Notes: generated by a model from the sequence alone, not told the origin. DNA of 64,000 bases from an uncultured Candidatus Saccharibacteria bacterium (GCA_964534365.1 CAZHOI010000003.1:4310-68309); one strand, 5' to 3'. Numbered from the stretch's first letter, positions 7,583-17,412 are shown. Numbers and translations are program-made.

Positions 7583-8119
7583 ATGCAGGATTGGCTATAC
7601 AAATCGGCGGGTGATGTTCCAGAAATTGTATTATCTGTATTTGTTATTACTATAATATTGATAGTCTATACCCGCATATCCGGCCTGCGAAGTTTTTCTA
7701 AAATGTCTAGTTTCGATTTTGCAATTACAGTCGCATTTGGTTCGGTGTTAGCCTCGACTGTAATAGCCAAAGAGCCCAGAATTTTTCAATCTGGTGTTGC
7801 TTTGGGGGCACTGTATTTGCTGCAGTATTTAATTTCGTATATTAAAGCTCGAAATATTAGTTTTGGTAAGTTAATAGATAATGAGCCGATCCTTTTAATG
7901 AATCAAGATGGATTTATTGAAGATAATTTGATAAAAGCGCGAGTCACCAAAGACGAAGTCAGAGACAAATTGCGCCAAGCTAATGTTCTGCAGTTATCAA
8001 ATGTCAAGGCAGTTGTATTTGAGACTACCGGCGATATATCGGTATTGCACAGCAGGGAAGACCAGGTGATTGATCGTAATATTGTAATAAATGTCCGCGA
8101 CAATCATTTAATAAATTAA
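7583..8119 (+). CDS. DUF421/YetF-family membrane protein
   Basis: RISGLRSFSKMSSFDFAITVAFGSV matches the DUF421 signature, with an N-terminal TM helix. Confidence 0.6.
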   Translation: MQDWLYKSAGDVPEIVLSVFVITIILIVYTRISGLRSFSKMSSFDFAITVAFGSVLASTVIAKEPRIFQSGVALGALYLLQYLISYIKARNISFGKLIDNEPILLMNQDGFIEDNLIKARVTKDEVRDKLRQANVLQLSNVKAVVFETTGDISVLHSREDQVIDRNIVINVRDNHLIN

Positions 8120-8177
8120 GTTATTCATTTATGGCGCAAGTCTAAATTTAAATTAATATTACCAATCAGGCTTGATG

Positions 8178-9404
8178 TTAATTTGATAATTCAGACTCAA
8201 TTTCCAATAATCGATCATATTTTGCCTCGCGCTCTGGCTGACCCCAGGCTCCTGCTTTTATACCAAATACAGCAGCACCTACTGCCAGATCGGCAATAAA
8301 ATCATCCATTGTTTCACCACTACGATGACTTACGATAGTTTTAATATTATTTCGATGCGCCAGCTTTATAGTCGCTATAGTTTCGGTGACCGTTCCAATT
8401 TGATTAGGTTTTATAATCAACGCAGACAAGCTTTTTTTATCAATAGCAGTTTGCAGGCGTTTGGAATTCGTTGTAGTCAAATCATCGCCTACAATCATTG
8501 ATCCAGGTAGTTTTTTCCCCAGCAGTGTAAAGGAACTAAAATCAGCTTCATCAAATGGGTCTTCAATGTAGTGCAATTTATACTTATCGAAGAGTTCGGT
8601 ATATAAGTTAACTAAATTAGACACATTCATTACATTGTCAAATACTTGATACCTATTATCGCCCAGATAAAACGAACTTGCAGCTATATCGGCTCCTAAT
8701 ACCACATTGGCTTTGTTGTTGCTAATCTGTTGCAATGAATCATGTAAGAGTTTAAAAGGAGTTGAGATCTGGTCAAAAGGAAACACAAAACCACCTTCAT
8801 CACCTATGGTAAATATAATGTTATTGTCATTTAGATAGTTTCTAATATTATTCTGGACCTGACGACCAATTTGTTGGGATAGTTGTTGGGAATTGCTTTC
8901 TACTACTATTTGATGCTCCTGAAATGGACCAGCGTTATTTGCATGTTTTCCACCGTTGATTAAATTAATAAACAAACGTAAATCGTTTGGTTTGGTCAAA
9001 CTATTATCAGATAATTCGGCAATATATTGATACAGTTTTTTGTCCTGAACCTTTGCTGCCAATCGACAACAAGCACCCGACACCGCAAGTATTGCATTAC
9101 CTCCTAAACGCGATTTGTTATCAGTTCCATCTAGATTGATCATTGTCTCATCAATGTTTGTTTGTTTTACAATATCAACTCCAATCAAGGCATCAGATAT
9201 TTTATGGTTTACCGCCTTGATTGCTGGCGAAACACTACCTGATTCATCACGCAGCTCAACTGCTTCGCTGGCACCAGTGCTGGCACCGCTAGGAACACAA
9301 AAGGCCGCTTGATTGTGATCAGATGATATTGCAGTAACTCTAATAGTAGGTCGGCCGCGAGAATCTTTGATTTCGGTCGCGTGTAATGATTGCAGGGTAG
9401 GCAT
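8178..9404 (-). CDS. eno: Enolase (phosphopyruvate hydratase)
   Basis: SHRSGETMDDFIADLAVG signature. 408 aa. Confidence 0.95.
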   Translation of the reverse strand: MPTLQSLHATEIKDSRGRPTIRVTAISSDHNQAAFCVPSGASTGASEAVELRDESGSVSPAIKAVNHKISDALIGVDIVKQTNIDETMINLDGTDNKSRLGGNAILAVSGACCRLAAKVQDKKLYQYIAELSDNSLTKPNDLRLFINLINGGKHANNAGPFQEHQIVVESNSQQLSQQIGRQVQNNIRNYLNDNNIIFTIGDEGGFVFPFDQISTPFKLLHDSLQQISNNKANVVLGADIAASSFYLGDNRYQVFDNVMNVSNLVNLYTELFDKYKLHYIEDPFDEADFSSFTLLGKKLPGSMIVGDDLTTTNSKRLQTAIDKKSLSALIIKPNQIGTVTETIATIKLAHRNNIKTIVSHRSGETMDDFIADLAVGAAVFGIKAGAWGQPEREAKYDRLLEIESELSN

Positions 9405-9410
9405 AAGAAT

Positions 9411-10679
9411 TTAATTTGTTAGTAAAACTGCTAAATCAGAGACGTTTGATTCTAGATAGCCAGTGTCAATTAAACTATCAGCTGCTTTTAAACCAGGTAA
9501 ACAGTTAAATCCTTTCAAACATTCATTTGGATCAACGCCTTTATTATATATGTCTTGAATAGTTTTATTATCAACGATCGCACCAGCTGCGTCAGAATTA
9601 TCATGACCGTCAGATGCAAAAGCAACGAAAACTTGATTTTTAGCTATCTGAGCTGAAGCCAACAATGCTAAATAAGAATTTCTGCCACCTGATCCTTTTG
9701 TTTTAGAAGGCACATTTAATGACCATTCGCCACCAACTAATATAACTGATTTTTGATTAGCTTCGGCAATCATTTTCTTAGCAACCTCTGCAGCCTGGTC
9801 ATATGTTTGATTTGTCATAATACTGACATGGTAACCCAAATTTTGAGCGTGTTTTTGCATCGCATCAAGAGCGTAGTGATTAGTGACAACCGCAAAATTA
9901 TTCACTTTTTTAAAGTATTTATGATCTTTTGGTGTCTCGCGCAGCTGATAATCACCTAGATTATATTTATTGACTATTTCTTTTGCGTCTGCAATGGTAC
10001 TATCATCATAAAATGTTGGTCCGGATGCTACTGAGTCTAAATTATCACCTGGAACATCCGAAAATATCAAACCAATAACTGTAGCTGGATAGAGTAATTT
10101 TGCTAAACCGCCACCTTTAAGGGCAGAGAGGTGCTTACGAACGGTATTTAGCTCTTTGATATCACCACCAGTTTTTTTGAAATCATGATAAAGTCTTGTA
10201 TTTTGTTCACACTCATCAATATCTGAACATAACAACGAACTGCCGCCGCCGCCAATTATTGCAATAACCAAATCGCGTTCAGTTGCGGCTTTTGATACAT
10301 TCATAATCTTGCCACCAGCCTCATAATTTATCGGTGATGGCACAGGATGGGTTCCTTTATAAGTTGTAATAACTTGACACACACCATCACTAATACCGAC
10401 AACGGCACCGCCTTTAATTTTATTAGTTAGCATGTTTTCAATTACACTGGCTGCTTCACAGGCTACTTTACCAGTACCAACAACATAAATGTGCTCGTAG
10501 TCTGAAAATCTATATATGGCATTACTAATTTTCAGCTCTGTTTCAGTAACACTAATTTCACGGTGTAGAGATTTTTCGGTATTGATAGCCTCCAGGCCAG
10601 CCTGGACTATTTGCAAAGCATGATTATGATTTTGTGTTTTTGCTAGTTCACTAAAGTTTTTAATTAATTGTTTGGTCAT
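9411..10679 (-). CDS. Glycerate 2-kinase, MOFRL family (GckA/TtuD-like)
   Basis: IIGGGGSSLL, VRKHLSALKGGGLA, SDVPGDNLDSVASGPT and GGEWSLNVPSKTKGSGGRNSYLALL…SDGHDNSDAAGAIVD match the DUF4147+MOFRL pattern. Confidence 0.8.
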   Translation of the reverse strand: MTKQLIKNFSELAKTQNHNHALQIVQAGLEAINTEKSLHREISVTETELKISNAIYRFSDYEHIYVVGTGKVACEAASVIENMLTNKIKGGAVVGISDGVCQVITTYKGTHPVPSPINYEAGGKIMNVSKAATERDLVIAIIGGGGSSLLCSDIDECEQNTRLYHDFKKTGGDIKELNTVRKHLSALKGGGLAKLLYPATVIGLIFSDVPGDNLDSVASGPTFYDDSTIADAKEIVNKYNLGDYQLRETPKDHKYFKKVNNFAVVTNHYALDAMQKHAQNLGYHVSIMTNQTYDQAAEVAKKMIAEANQKSVILVGGEWSLNVPSKTKGSGGRNSYLALLASAQIAKNQVFVAFASDGHDNSDAAGAIVDNKTIQDIYNKGVDPNECLKGFNCLPGLKAADSLIDTGYLESNVSDLAVLLTN

Positions 10680-10680
10680 G

Positions 10681-11688
10681 TTATTTTACAAGATTAATAA
10701 TTTCTCCTTTAATGTATGACTCAATATTTTTGACAGTTGTTTGAACAATACGCTCTTTTGCTTCAATGGTATTGAATGCGATATGTGGTGTTAAGATTAC
10801 ATTTTCCATATCTAACAATGCATGTGTCATCGCCAGATCATAAAAAACATTGATATCATTTTGTTTATCCGTTAACAATAATGCTTCGTCGTAGATAAAA
10901 TCTTCGCCCTCGATAACATCCAGTGCCGCGCCTGCTAATGTACCTGATTGCAACACCGCTAATAGTGCCGCAGTATCAATCAATTCACCTCGTGCGGTAT
11001 TAATCAAGTACGCACCGGTTTTGACATTACTCAGATTACTCTTGTTTAGCAGATGGTGCGTAGTGTCATTATGTGGCGCGTGCAAACTGATAATGTCAGA
11101 TTTCTCTAACAACTCATCCAAAGCTGTATATTCGATCTTGTTTGCAGTTGCAAACTGTACGTTGGGATAAGGATCAAAGGCGATAACATGCATCCCAAAG
11201 CCATTTGCAATTTTGCACACATGCTGTCCGATTCTTCCTGTACCGATAATACCAATAGTTTTGCTATATAGATCAAAACCTTCGTAACTCGCCATGTTAG
11301 TTTTGCCGCTGGTGCGCAAGTGATCATAAGCGCGATAACTGCCCCTGGACAGTGCTAATAACAATGCAAATGTATATTCAGCTACTGTCCTGGACCCATA
11401 TTCTGGAACGTTTACTACCGTAACATTATTTTGTTCTGCAGCTTCAGCGTTGATATGATCGTATCCTGTCGATCGTGTGGCAATTAACTTTAAGTTTTGC
11501 AAGTCACGGATTAATTCATTTGATACCGGATTATTAACAAAGACCGATAAAATATTGGTATCCTCGGGAACCAATAGTTTTCCACTCGGGTCTATAGTTG
11601 TACTAGAAAAACTAACTGAATATTTTTCAAAATGTTCCTGCCAACTAGATTGTTCATGTTCTGAAATGCCGCAAATATGTAATTTCAT
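10681..11688 (-). CDS. NAD-dependent D-isomer-specific 2-hydroxyacid dehydrogenase (hydroxypyruvate/glycerate or D-lactate dehydrogenase)
   Basis: GIIGTGRIGQ Rossmann motif, plus LINTARGELID and the catalytic His region. Confidence 0.8.
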   Translation of the reverse strand: MKLHICGISEHEQSSWQEHFEKYSVSFSSTTIDPSGKLLVPEDTNILSVFVNNPVSNELIRDLQNLKLIATRSTGYDHINAEAAEQNNVTVVNVPEYGSRTVAEYTFALLLALSRGSYRAYDHLRTSGKTNMASYEGFDLYSKTIGIIGTGRIGQHVCKIANGFGMHVIAFDPYPNVQFATANKIEYTALDELLEKSDIISLHAPHNDTTHHLLNKSNLSNVKTGAYLINTARGELIDTAALLAVLQSGTLAGAALDVIEGEDFIYDEALLLTDKQNDINVFYDLAMTHALLDMENVILTPHIAFNTIEAKERIVQTTVKNIESYIKGEIINLVK

Positions 11689-11742
11689 ATAATAATTATA
11701 TCGTAGTCATATATTTCTATAAATTTTGCTACCATATAAGTT

Positions 11743-13155
11743 ATGAACAAACTTACAAAGATTGTGGCAACAATTGGGCCCGCTAGTAACTCTGAAGAAA
11801 CAATACGCGAGCTCATTAAAACCGGTGTTAATACATTTCGACTGAATTTTTCACACGGTGATCACGACTGGCACCGCAACCTTAGCAACACCATTCGAAA
11901 AGTTGCCACTGAATTTGATCAAGGTATTTCTATTCTGCAGGATCTCGCGGGACCTAAATTACGAACTGGTAAATTTGATAAAACATTAACTACCTTAACC
12001 GCCGGTGATACCTTGGAATTAACTAGCGAAGATATCATTGGTGACGAATCAAAAGTTGGTGTCAACTATCCTGAACTAATCCAACAAGTCTCGATTGGTC
12101 AAATACTGCGCTTGGACGATGGCAAGCTTAGTCTGGAAGTAGTCGAGAAAAGACCTAGCTCGGTGATTACTAAAATTATCGAAGGCGGGGAAGTCAGATC
12201 AAGGCGGGGAATAAATGTACCTGGTTTGGCTTTGGACATTAATGTATTTACCGATAAAGACCAGTGTGATCTGGAATATTGGCCTACAGATAATCCAGAT
12301 TGGATATCATTATCTTTTGTTCAATCTTCCGATGACATTCTAAATTTAAAAAATCACTTACAAAACAAAGGTTCAAACAGCAACGTTATGGCAAAAATTG
12401 AAACTTCAGCAGCGGTTGAAAATATCGACTCTATTATCGAAGCCAGTGACGGGATTATGGTAGCCCGAGGGGACCTGGCTGCTGAAACCCCAATCGAAGA
12501 AGTTCCTGTTTTGCAAAACCGTATTATCAATCTGGCGAGACAAGCAAACAAGCCTGTTATAGTAGCAACTCAGATGATGGATTCAATGATCCATAACCCA
12601 TTACCTACGAGAGCCGAAGTAACTGATGTCTCAACCGCTATTCTTGACGGTGCCGATGCAATTATGTTGTCAGCTGAAACTGCCACTGGTGATCATCCTG
12701 TTAAAGTGGTAAATATGATGGCAAAAATTGCTGAAGTCACTGAATCTTCAAATTTATTCAAAAATCGTTTGCTTCACAACCTATCATCGCATTCCAAGGC
12801 TGGTTCGGCCGCGGCCAGTATTACCGCTTTTGCTAAAGCTCAAAACGCCAAAGCTATTGTGGTTATAACGCAATCTGGCGCTATGGCACGCGCAGTGTCT
12901 CGATTGCGTCCTGGATTACCTATAATTGCAATCACTATTGATATTACTATTGGTAGACAGCTGGCAATGTATCATGGTGTTTGGTCGCGACACACAACAG
13001 ATTTACCAGATACTGATTCTGAATTACGTAGTTGGTTACCGGATTATTTAGTTAAACACTCTTATCTTAATCGCGGTGATACTATTTTGGCATCATTTGG
13101 TCAACAAATTCACAAATCAGGCAGCACTGACACAATTACTTTAATCACAATCTAG
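11743..13155 (+). CDS. pyk: Pyruvate kinase
   Basis: TKIVATIGPAS…LNFSHGDH N-terminal signature. 470 aa. Confidence 0.92.
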   Translation: MNKLTKIVATIGPASNSEETIRELIKTGVNTFRLNFSHGDHDWHRNLSNTIRKVATEFDQGISILQDLAGPKLRTGKFDKTLTTLTAGDTLELTSEDIIGDESKVGVNYPELIQQVSIGQILRLDDGKLSLEVVEKRPSSVITKIIEGGEVRSRRGINVPGLALDINVFTDKDQCDLEYWPTDNPDWISLSFVQSSDDILNLKNHLQNKGSNSNVMAKIETSAAVENIDSIIEASDGIMVARGDLAAETPIEEVPVLQNRIINLARQANKPVIVATQMMDSMIHNPLPTRAEVTDVSTAILDGADAIMLSAETATGDHPVKVVNMMAKIAEVTESSNLFKNRLLHNLSSHSKAGSAAASITAFAKAQNAKAIVVITQSGAMARAVSRLRPGLPIIAITIDITIGRQLAMYHGVWSRHTTDLPDTDSELRSWLPDYLVKHSYLNRGDTILASFGQQIHKSGSTDTITLITI

Positions 13156-13251
13156 TAGCTAGCTCAGTGGCAAGATTTATAAATTTGCTTATAATGCCAC
13201 TAGCTTATTCGGTTCTGTTATTAATTATCAGTTACCGTTGTAAGTCAACCT

Positions 13252-13274
13252 TATCGGTTCGTCTAATGGTAGGC
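13252..13274 (+). repeat. Partial duplicate of the tRNA-Gln 5' half (acceptor + D-arm, tatcggttcgtctaatggtaggc)
   Basis: 22/23 identity with the first 23 nt of tRNA-Gln(TTG), which lies 165 bp downstream. The match then diverges, and there is no anticodon or T-arm. Confidence 0.6.
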
Positions 13275-13416
13275 TCAATGAAGCATCATATTATGAAATA
13301 ATATGAATTGATGAATTAGTGCAAGCGAGCCAATAAATTTATTTAGGCGAGTCGCAGTCCGCGACAGACTCTAAACTAATAAATAAATCTCTATTATTAT
13401 AGAATTCTAGAAACAG

Positions 13417-13490
13417 TACCGGTTCGTCTAATGGTAGGACACTTGGTTTTGGTCCAAGGAATCGGGGTTCGAGTCCCTGACCGGTAGCCA
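13417..13490 (+). tRNA. tRNA-Gln (anticodon TTG), CCA encoded
   Basis: Acceptor TACCGGT/ACCGGTA, anticodon stem CTTGG/CCAAG with loop TTTTGGT, T-arm GGGGTTCGAGTCCCTG, then GCCA. Confidence 0.8.
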
Positions 13491-13496
13491 CTTTTT

Positions 13497-14045
13497 TATA
13501 GAAACCCACGGGTAAACCCGTGGTCCTTCTCTTTCACAGCAACACTTGTTGCTGTCCTGAATCCTGGTGTCCTTGGTGCTCTACATAGTGCTTGATAATT
13601 TCTTCGTCAGCTCCAATAGTTGAAGAGAAGTATCCTGGTGACCAGACAATGTTTTCTTTCCAATAAACTTTGGCGAGCCAAGTAAACTTTTTACGCAGAC
13701 TCGAGGCTGATTGGCTTTTAAGTTGTGCCACTACAGATGATACTGAGTACTTGGGTGGTATTAGTAATACCATATGTAAGTGATCTTGATCGAAGCCAAT
13801 CGACCCTCGAACAACACCAGGCATCTTCTTTTCGAGTGAGTTAAGGACTTTAGTGAGATAGCTAGCAACACCAGGCTTCAGGATCTTCCTGCGATATTTA
13901 GTTACCCAAACTATGTGGTATTTGTGATAGTAAGTGCTATGAGCGGTACTGTAGTATTTCATTCTGTACCCCAGCATATCGCATACAGATCCTCATTCAT
14001 CCACGGCTAAAGCCGTGGTGTTCTGTCCCCAAGGGGGCGGGATAA
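13497..14045 (-). mobile_element. IS200/IS605-family insertion sequence (tnpA only)
   Basis: A Y1 HUH transposase gene is flanked by near-identical subterminal palindromes, CCACGGGTAAACCCGTGG at 13506-13523 and CCACGGCTAAAGCCGTGG at 14001-14018. The ends are approximate. Confidence 0.6.
13534..13962 (-). CDS. tnpA: IS200-type transposase TnpA (Y1/HUH)
   Basis: YHIVWVTKYRRKIL…HLHMVLLIPPKYSVS…Y is typical of IS200 TnpA. Start taken at the internal MKYYS. Confidence 0.85.
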   Translation of the reverse strand: MKYYSTAHSTYYHKYHIVWVTKYRRKILKPGVASYLTKVLNSLEKKMPGVVRGSIGFDQDHLHMVLLIPPKYSVSSVVAQLKSQSASSLRKKFTWLAKVYWKENIVWSPGYFSSTIGADEEIIKHYVEHQGHQDSGQQQVLL

Positions 14046-14063
14046 AAAAACTTAACCCCCGCA

Positions 14064-14396
14064 CTAGCGAAAGGCTAAGTTAGGGGTTTCGGGTGAAAGA
14101 AGAGCTTTTAAGCGTTGGGTTAGTGTGAACGGCTTTGGTGAGCGAAGACCAGCTTGAGTAATGCGATACCTCTGTTGAGGTAATTCAATATTCTCACCTC
14201 GGTAATGTATTGTTTGTATAATTTCTTCAGACTCTATAAGGTTTTGATCTTCTAGCTGATCAAGCCAAACATAAACAGTACCTGACTTGAGGCATCCGTT
14301 TGAACGCTCTATGATCTCGCGACCAAGTAACCATCTTGGATTAACATCAGCCAAGATATCAAGGGCACACTGACGACTCTTTTTTCCAAAGAACAT
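14064..14396 (-). CDS. PadR-like winged-helix transcriptional regulator
   Basis: GREIIERSNGCLKSGTVYVWLDQLEDQNLIES matches the PadR pattern. GC content is visibly higher than the surroundings. Confidence 0.5.
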   Translation of the reverse strand: MFFGKKSRQCALDILADVNPRWLLGREIIERSNGCLKSGTVYVWLDQLEDQNLIESEEIIQTIHYRGENIELPQQRYRITQAGLRSPKPFTLTQRLKALLSPETPNLAFR

Positions 14397-14675
14397 GGGA
14401 ATGGGGAGGGAGGTGAGGAGAGACCTATAAAAATAATAGTACTATAAATACTTTATTTGTAAACATTTGAATTGATTGAAAAAGTTTTAACTTGGCATCA
14501 GATCAGTAGATATAAAACTTTTAGTACAGTTGAATCGTAGTCATTATTGGATTACTTTTATACGGTTACGGATGAACTATATAATTTAATAGAAATAAAA
14601 AAATCGAGCCATATAAAGCTCGAATTTAGTTACTGCTACTTTATGAATAATAGCTTTTATCAGTTTAAAACTAGA

Positions 14676-15071
14676 TTAAACTACCGGTTCGGTTGTTGCC
14701 TCGACATGTTCGTAATCATGTTTAGGCATCAGAGAATAACCAATATAAGCAAATACCATTGTAAACAATACGTGTAGCCAATTATCAGCAGTATTTAGTC
14801 CCATCAACCCAAATAGGGTACCAGTGGTAAATCCTAGCAAGGTTACCAGGGCATATACTCCAGCAAATGCATAAGCAAAGGTTGCAGCGGCCTTGTCAGA
14901 TTGTTTCGCAAAATAAATAGCCAGAACACCAGACAAAATATGAACAATATTGTGCACAGCGTTAACCATAAACAGTCCTAGTAAAAACCCATCCGGGGTT
15001 AGGGCAGGGATGAATCCTAAAATTCCAATCAGAATAAATACATACCCAAAAATTTCTAATAATTTTTTCAT
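14676..15071 (-). CDS. Small integral membrane protein (4 predicted TM; DUF4383-like?)
   Basis: Hydrophobicity pattern only. Confidence 0.4.
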   Translation of the reverse strand: MKKLLEIFGYVFILIGILGFIPALTPDGFLLGLFMVNAVHNIVHILSGVLAIYFAKQSDKAAATFAYAFAGVYALVTLLGFTTGTLFGLMGLNTADNWLHVLFTMVFAYIGYSLMPKHDYEHVEATTEPVV

Positions 15072-15221
15072 AAGGTTAATTTTAATTGTTATAAAATAAT
15101 TTTACTATACTAATTACAAATTGTACAAACTGTTGATTGCCATGGTTGATGCACACCCGCATTTTTAGCTAACGATCAGTGCGATGAGTCTAATTAGAAA
15201 TTTTTGCACAACTCGTCAAGC

Positions 15222-15425
15222 TTATATAATTCCAAAAGTTAGGTAGGTTATATACAAGGCTAAAACTAGGTATAGTGAAGCCCATCCTTTAGTTAATGGT
15301 AGATATCGCTTTATAAATGATAACTTCTCAATACTGTCATCACCTAGTTTGGTAAATGCAAATAATACCGCTCCTAAACTGTCTAGCACTAGTAATATAG
15401 CAATTATTTCATATATCATATTCAT
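15222..15425 (-). CDS. Small membrane protein (67 aa), hypothetical
   Basis: Two hydrophobic helices. Could be spurious. Confidence 0.25.
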   Translation of the reverse strand: MNMIYEIIAILLVLDSLGAVLFAFTKLGDDSIEKLSFIKRYLPLTKGWASLYLVLALYITYLTFGII

Positions 15426-15581
15426 ATTGTATCATCTTTCAAATTAGTAATTATTACAATAACTATAATTTTGCTAATATTAATAATTAATAATGGTCTA
15501 ATAGTATGAGACAAACAAGTATCGGCATTTATAATAGTCTGTATGCTGATTAATGGTTTTATCTGTTAGAATTTAATAATT

Positions 15582-16310
15582 ATGAATAGATATTTTATTA
15601 CTTCTATACTGGTTGTATTAGGTGCAGCAATCACATTTGGCATAACATTTTTTTATCAAAAACATAAAACAAATACACCTGATGCTGGCACTGCCCAAAA
15701 CAATGACTTGGATGCAAACCAATCTAATATTGATTTTAATACAAACAATACCGAAGAAGTACCACTTTTAACAAATGAAACTAGTGAAGCAGTTTTTGAT
15801 GATCAAGATTATATTAGAAGTTTCGCTGATCTAGGAGGTTCTATTGATTGCAGCTTATTACCATCTTTGATCGAATCAAATTACATATTTAGTCAGCACA
15901 CCAAAGACATTTGCCAAAATAATCGATATCAACCAATTTTTAATTTTCCTGAAGCAACTTCTGAATATCAAAAGTACTTTGATAGTTCGTATGAGATAAT
16001 TTTAGCTGAATTAGATTATGCTCTAAACAAAAAATATCAAGAAGTAATGAACTTTTTAAATAACAATAATGAGGTTGATACTAGAGATTATCAACAAATC
16101 AAAAATGATTTAATTTCATCACAAAGACTTTGGGTTACTTATCATAAAAAAGATTGTGAATTAATTGAGCGAACTAAACCGCCTTATTACAATAGTAAAA
16201 TAAACGTTACTACCTATACGAAACAAAAATGCTTGCAAGATAGTTTCTATTTCCGGACCTTTTATTTAGAAGACTTGTTAAAAAATCTGCAACAGTATGC
16301 AGTAGGTTAG
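15582..16310 (+). CDS. Membrane-anchored hypothetical protein with a DUF1311/LprI-like C-terminal motif
   Basis: N-terminal TM. C-terminal SQRLWVTYHKKDCEL…QKCLQD resembles DUF1311. Confidence 0.4.
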   Translation: MNRYFITSILVVLGAAITFGITFFYQKHKTNTPDAGTAQNNDLDANQSNIDFNTNNTEEVPLLTNETSEAVFDDQDYIRSFADLGGSIDCSLLPSLIESNYIFSQHTKDICQNNRYQPIFNFPEATSEYQKYFDSSYEIILAELDYALNKKYQEVMNFLNNNNEVDTRDYQQIKNDLISSQRLWVTYHKKDCELIERTKPPYYNSKINVTTYTKQKCLQDSFYFRTFYLEDLLKNLQQYAVG

Positions 16311-16398
16311 TCATTTCTTATGATCAACGAACTCATGCTGCTATAGAATTAATATATAAGCTTTATCAAAATCTAAGATAGCTTATAATTAAAAGTTA

Positions 16399-17031
16399 AT
16401 GCAGGACAAGTTCAGGCTCATAAAAACTAACCAAACCTCATTAATAATAAAAGCCGTAGTTTTAGCGACAATTATTGTTGTAATAATTACCATATCAATT
16501 TTTTGGACTAGCAAAATTGACCAACGAAATGATCTGGAGGCCGATTTAGAAACCGAAGCAGAAATAATTAAAGAGAATAATTTGATTATTCCGACCACTG
16601 TGAAAATTGATAAATTGAATTTGGAAGCTACTGTTGGATTACTGGGCCTGGACGAGGATACCGGCGAGCTGCAGGTTCCAGCCGGTTATGACGAAGTTGG
16701 CTGGTATATTTATTCACCAACACCTGGTGAACCAGGTCCTGCCGTTATTTTAGGTCATGTTGATTCATATACCGGTCCCGCCATCTTTTATTCGTTAGGA
16801 CAGCTGGAAAATGGCGATCAAATTGCCGTACAAAATAATATAGGAGAAACCCATATGTTCGAAGTTTACAAACAAACCTATTATGACCAAGACAATTTTG
16901 CGACTGATGAAGTTTATGGCAATACCAGCGGTCCAGAACTGCGTTTAATAACCTGTTCGGGTGAATATGACCGCGAGGCAAAAAGGTATACCGAAAACTT
17001 AGTAATTTATGCCAAAGCAATTTCTGCATAA
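16399..17031 (+). CDS. Sortase (cysteine transpeptidase)
   Basis: N-terminal TM. His motif GHVD. TLXTC motif LRLITCS. Confidence 0.8.
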   Translation: MQDKFRLIKTNQTSLIIKAVVLATIIVVIITISIFWTSKIDQRNDLEADLETEAEIIKENNLIIPTTVKIDKLNLEATVGLLGLDEDTGELQVPAGYDEVGWYIYSPTPGEPGPAVILGHVDSYTGPAIFYSLGQLENGDQIAVQNNIGETHMFEVYKQTYYDQDNFATDEVYGNTSGPELRLITCSGEYDREAKRYTENLVIYAKAISA

Positions 17032-17043
17032 ATTTATATTGGC

Positions 17044-17061
17044 GCCCGGGCACCACACCAA
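17044..17061. repeat. Inverted-repeat partner of the tRNA-Leu(TAA) 3' end (cccgggcaccacaccaacttat)
   Basis: A 22-bp sequence at 17044-17065 is the reverse complement of 17317-17338 (tRNA acceptor 3' + CCA + flank). The pair brackets the GIY-YIG gene. Confidence 0.65.
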
Positions 17062-17062
17062 C

Positions 17063-17317
17063 TTATTCTAACAAGTTACTTATTCGTTTTCGTAGCTGCG
17101 AATAGGCTCGACTTTTTAATTTAAGATTTTGTTCTCGCTTACCCGCATCATCCTCGGCCTTATATGACTCATAGTAGATTAACTCGAGGGGTCTTCGAAG
17201 TTTAGTTGATTTAACTTGTCCAGTAAGGTGTTCATTTAATCGTCGCTTAAGATTATTAGTAGATCCAATATAAGAATTTCCATCCTTAATGCTCTTCAAT
17301 ATGCAAACATAAAACAT
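17063..17317 (-). CDS. GIY-YIG nuclease-domain protein (UPF0213-like)
   Basis: FYVCILKS…SYIGSTNNLKRRLNEHLTG…YYE…REQNLK matches GIY-YIG. Start set at the internal Met, because the longer ORF would overlap the tRNA-Leu gene. Confidence 0.7.
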   Translation of the reverse strand: MFYVCILKSIKDGNSYIGSTNNLKRRLNEHLTGQVKSTKLRRPLELIYYESYKAEDDAGKREQNLKLKSRAYSQLRKRISNLLE

Positions 17318-17326
17318 AAGTTGGTG

Positions 17327-17412
17327 TGGTGCCCGGGGAGGGACTCGAACCCTCACGCCAATATGGCCGGGGATTTTAAGTCCCCTATGTCTACCGATTC
17401 CATCACCCGGGC
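17327..17412 (-). tRNA. tRNA-Leu (anticodon TAA), type II, CCA encoded
   Basis: Reverse complement reads GCCCGGG TG ATGGAATCGGTAGACAT AGGGGA-CTTAAAA-TCCCC, a long variable arm, GAGGGTTCGAGTCCCTC CCCGGGC A CCA. Confidence 0.8.
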
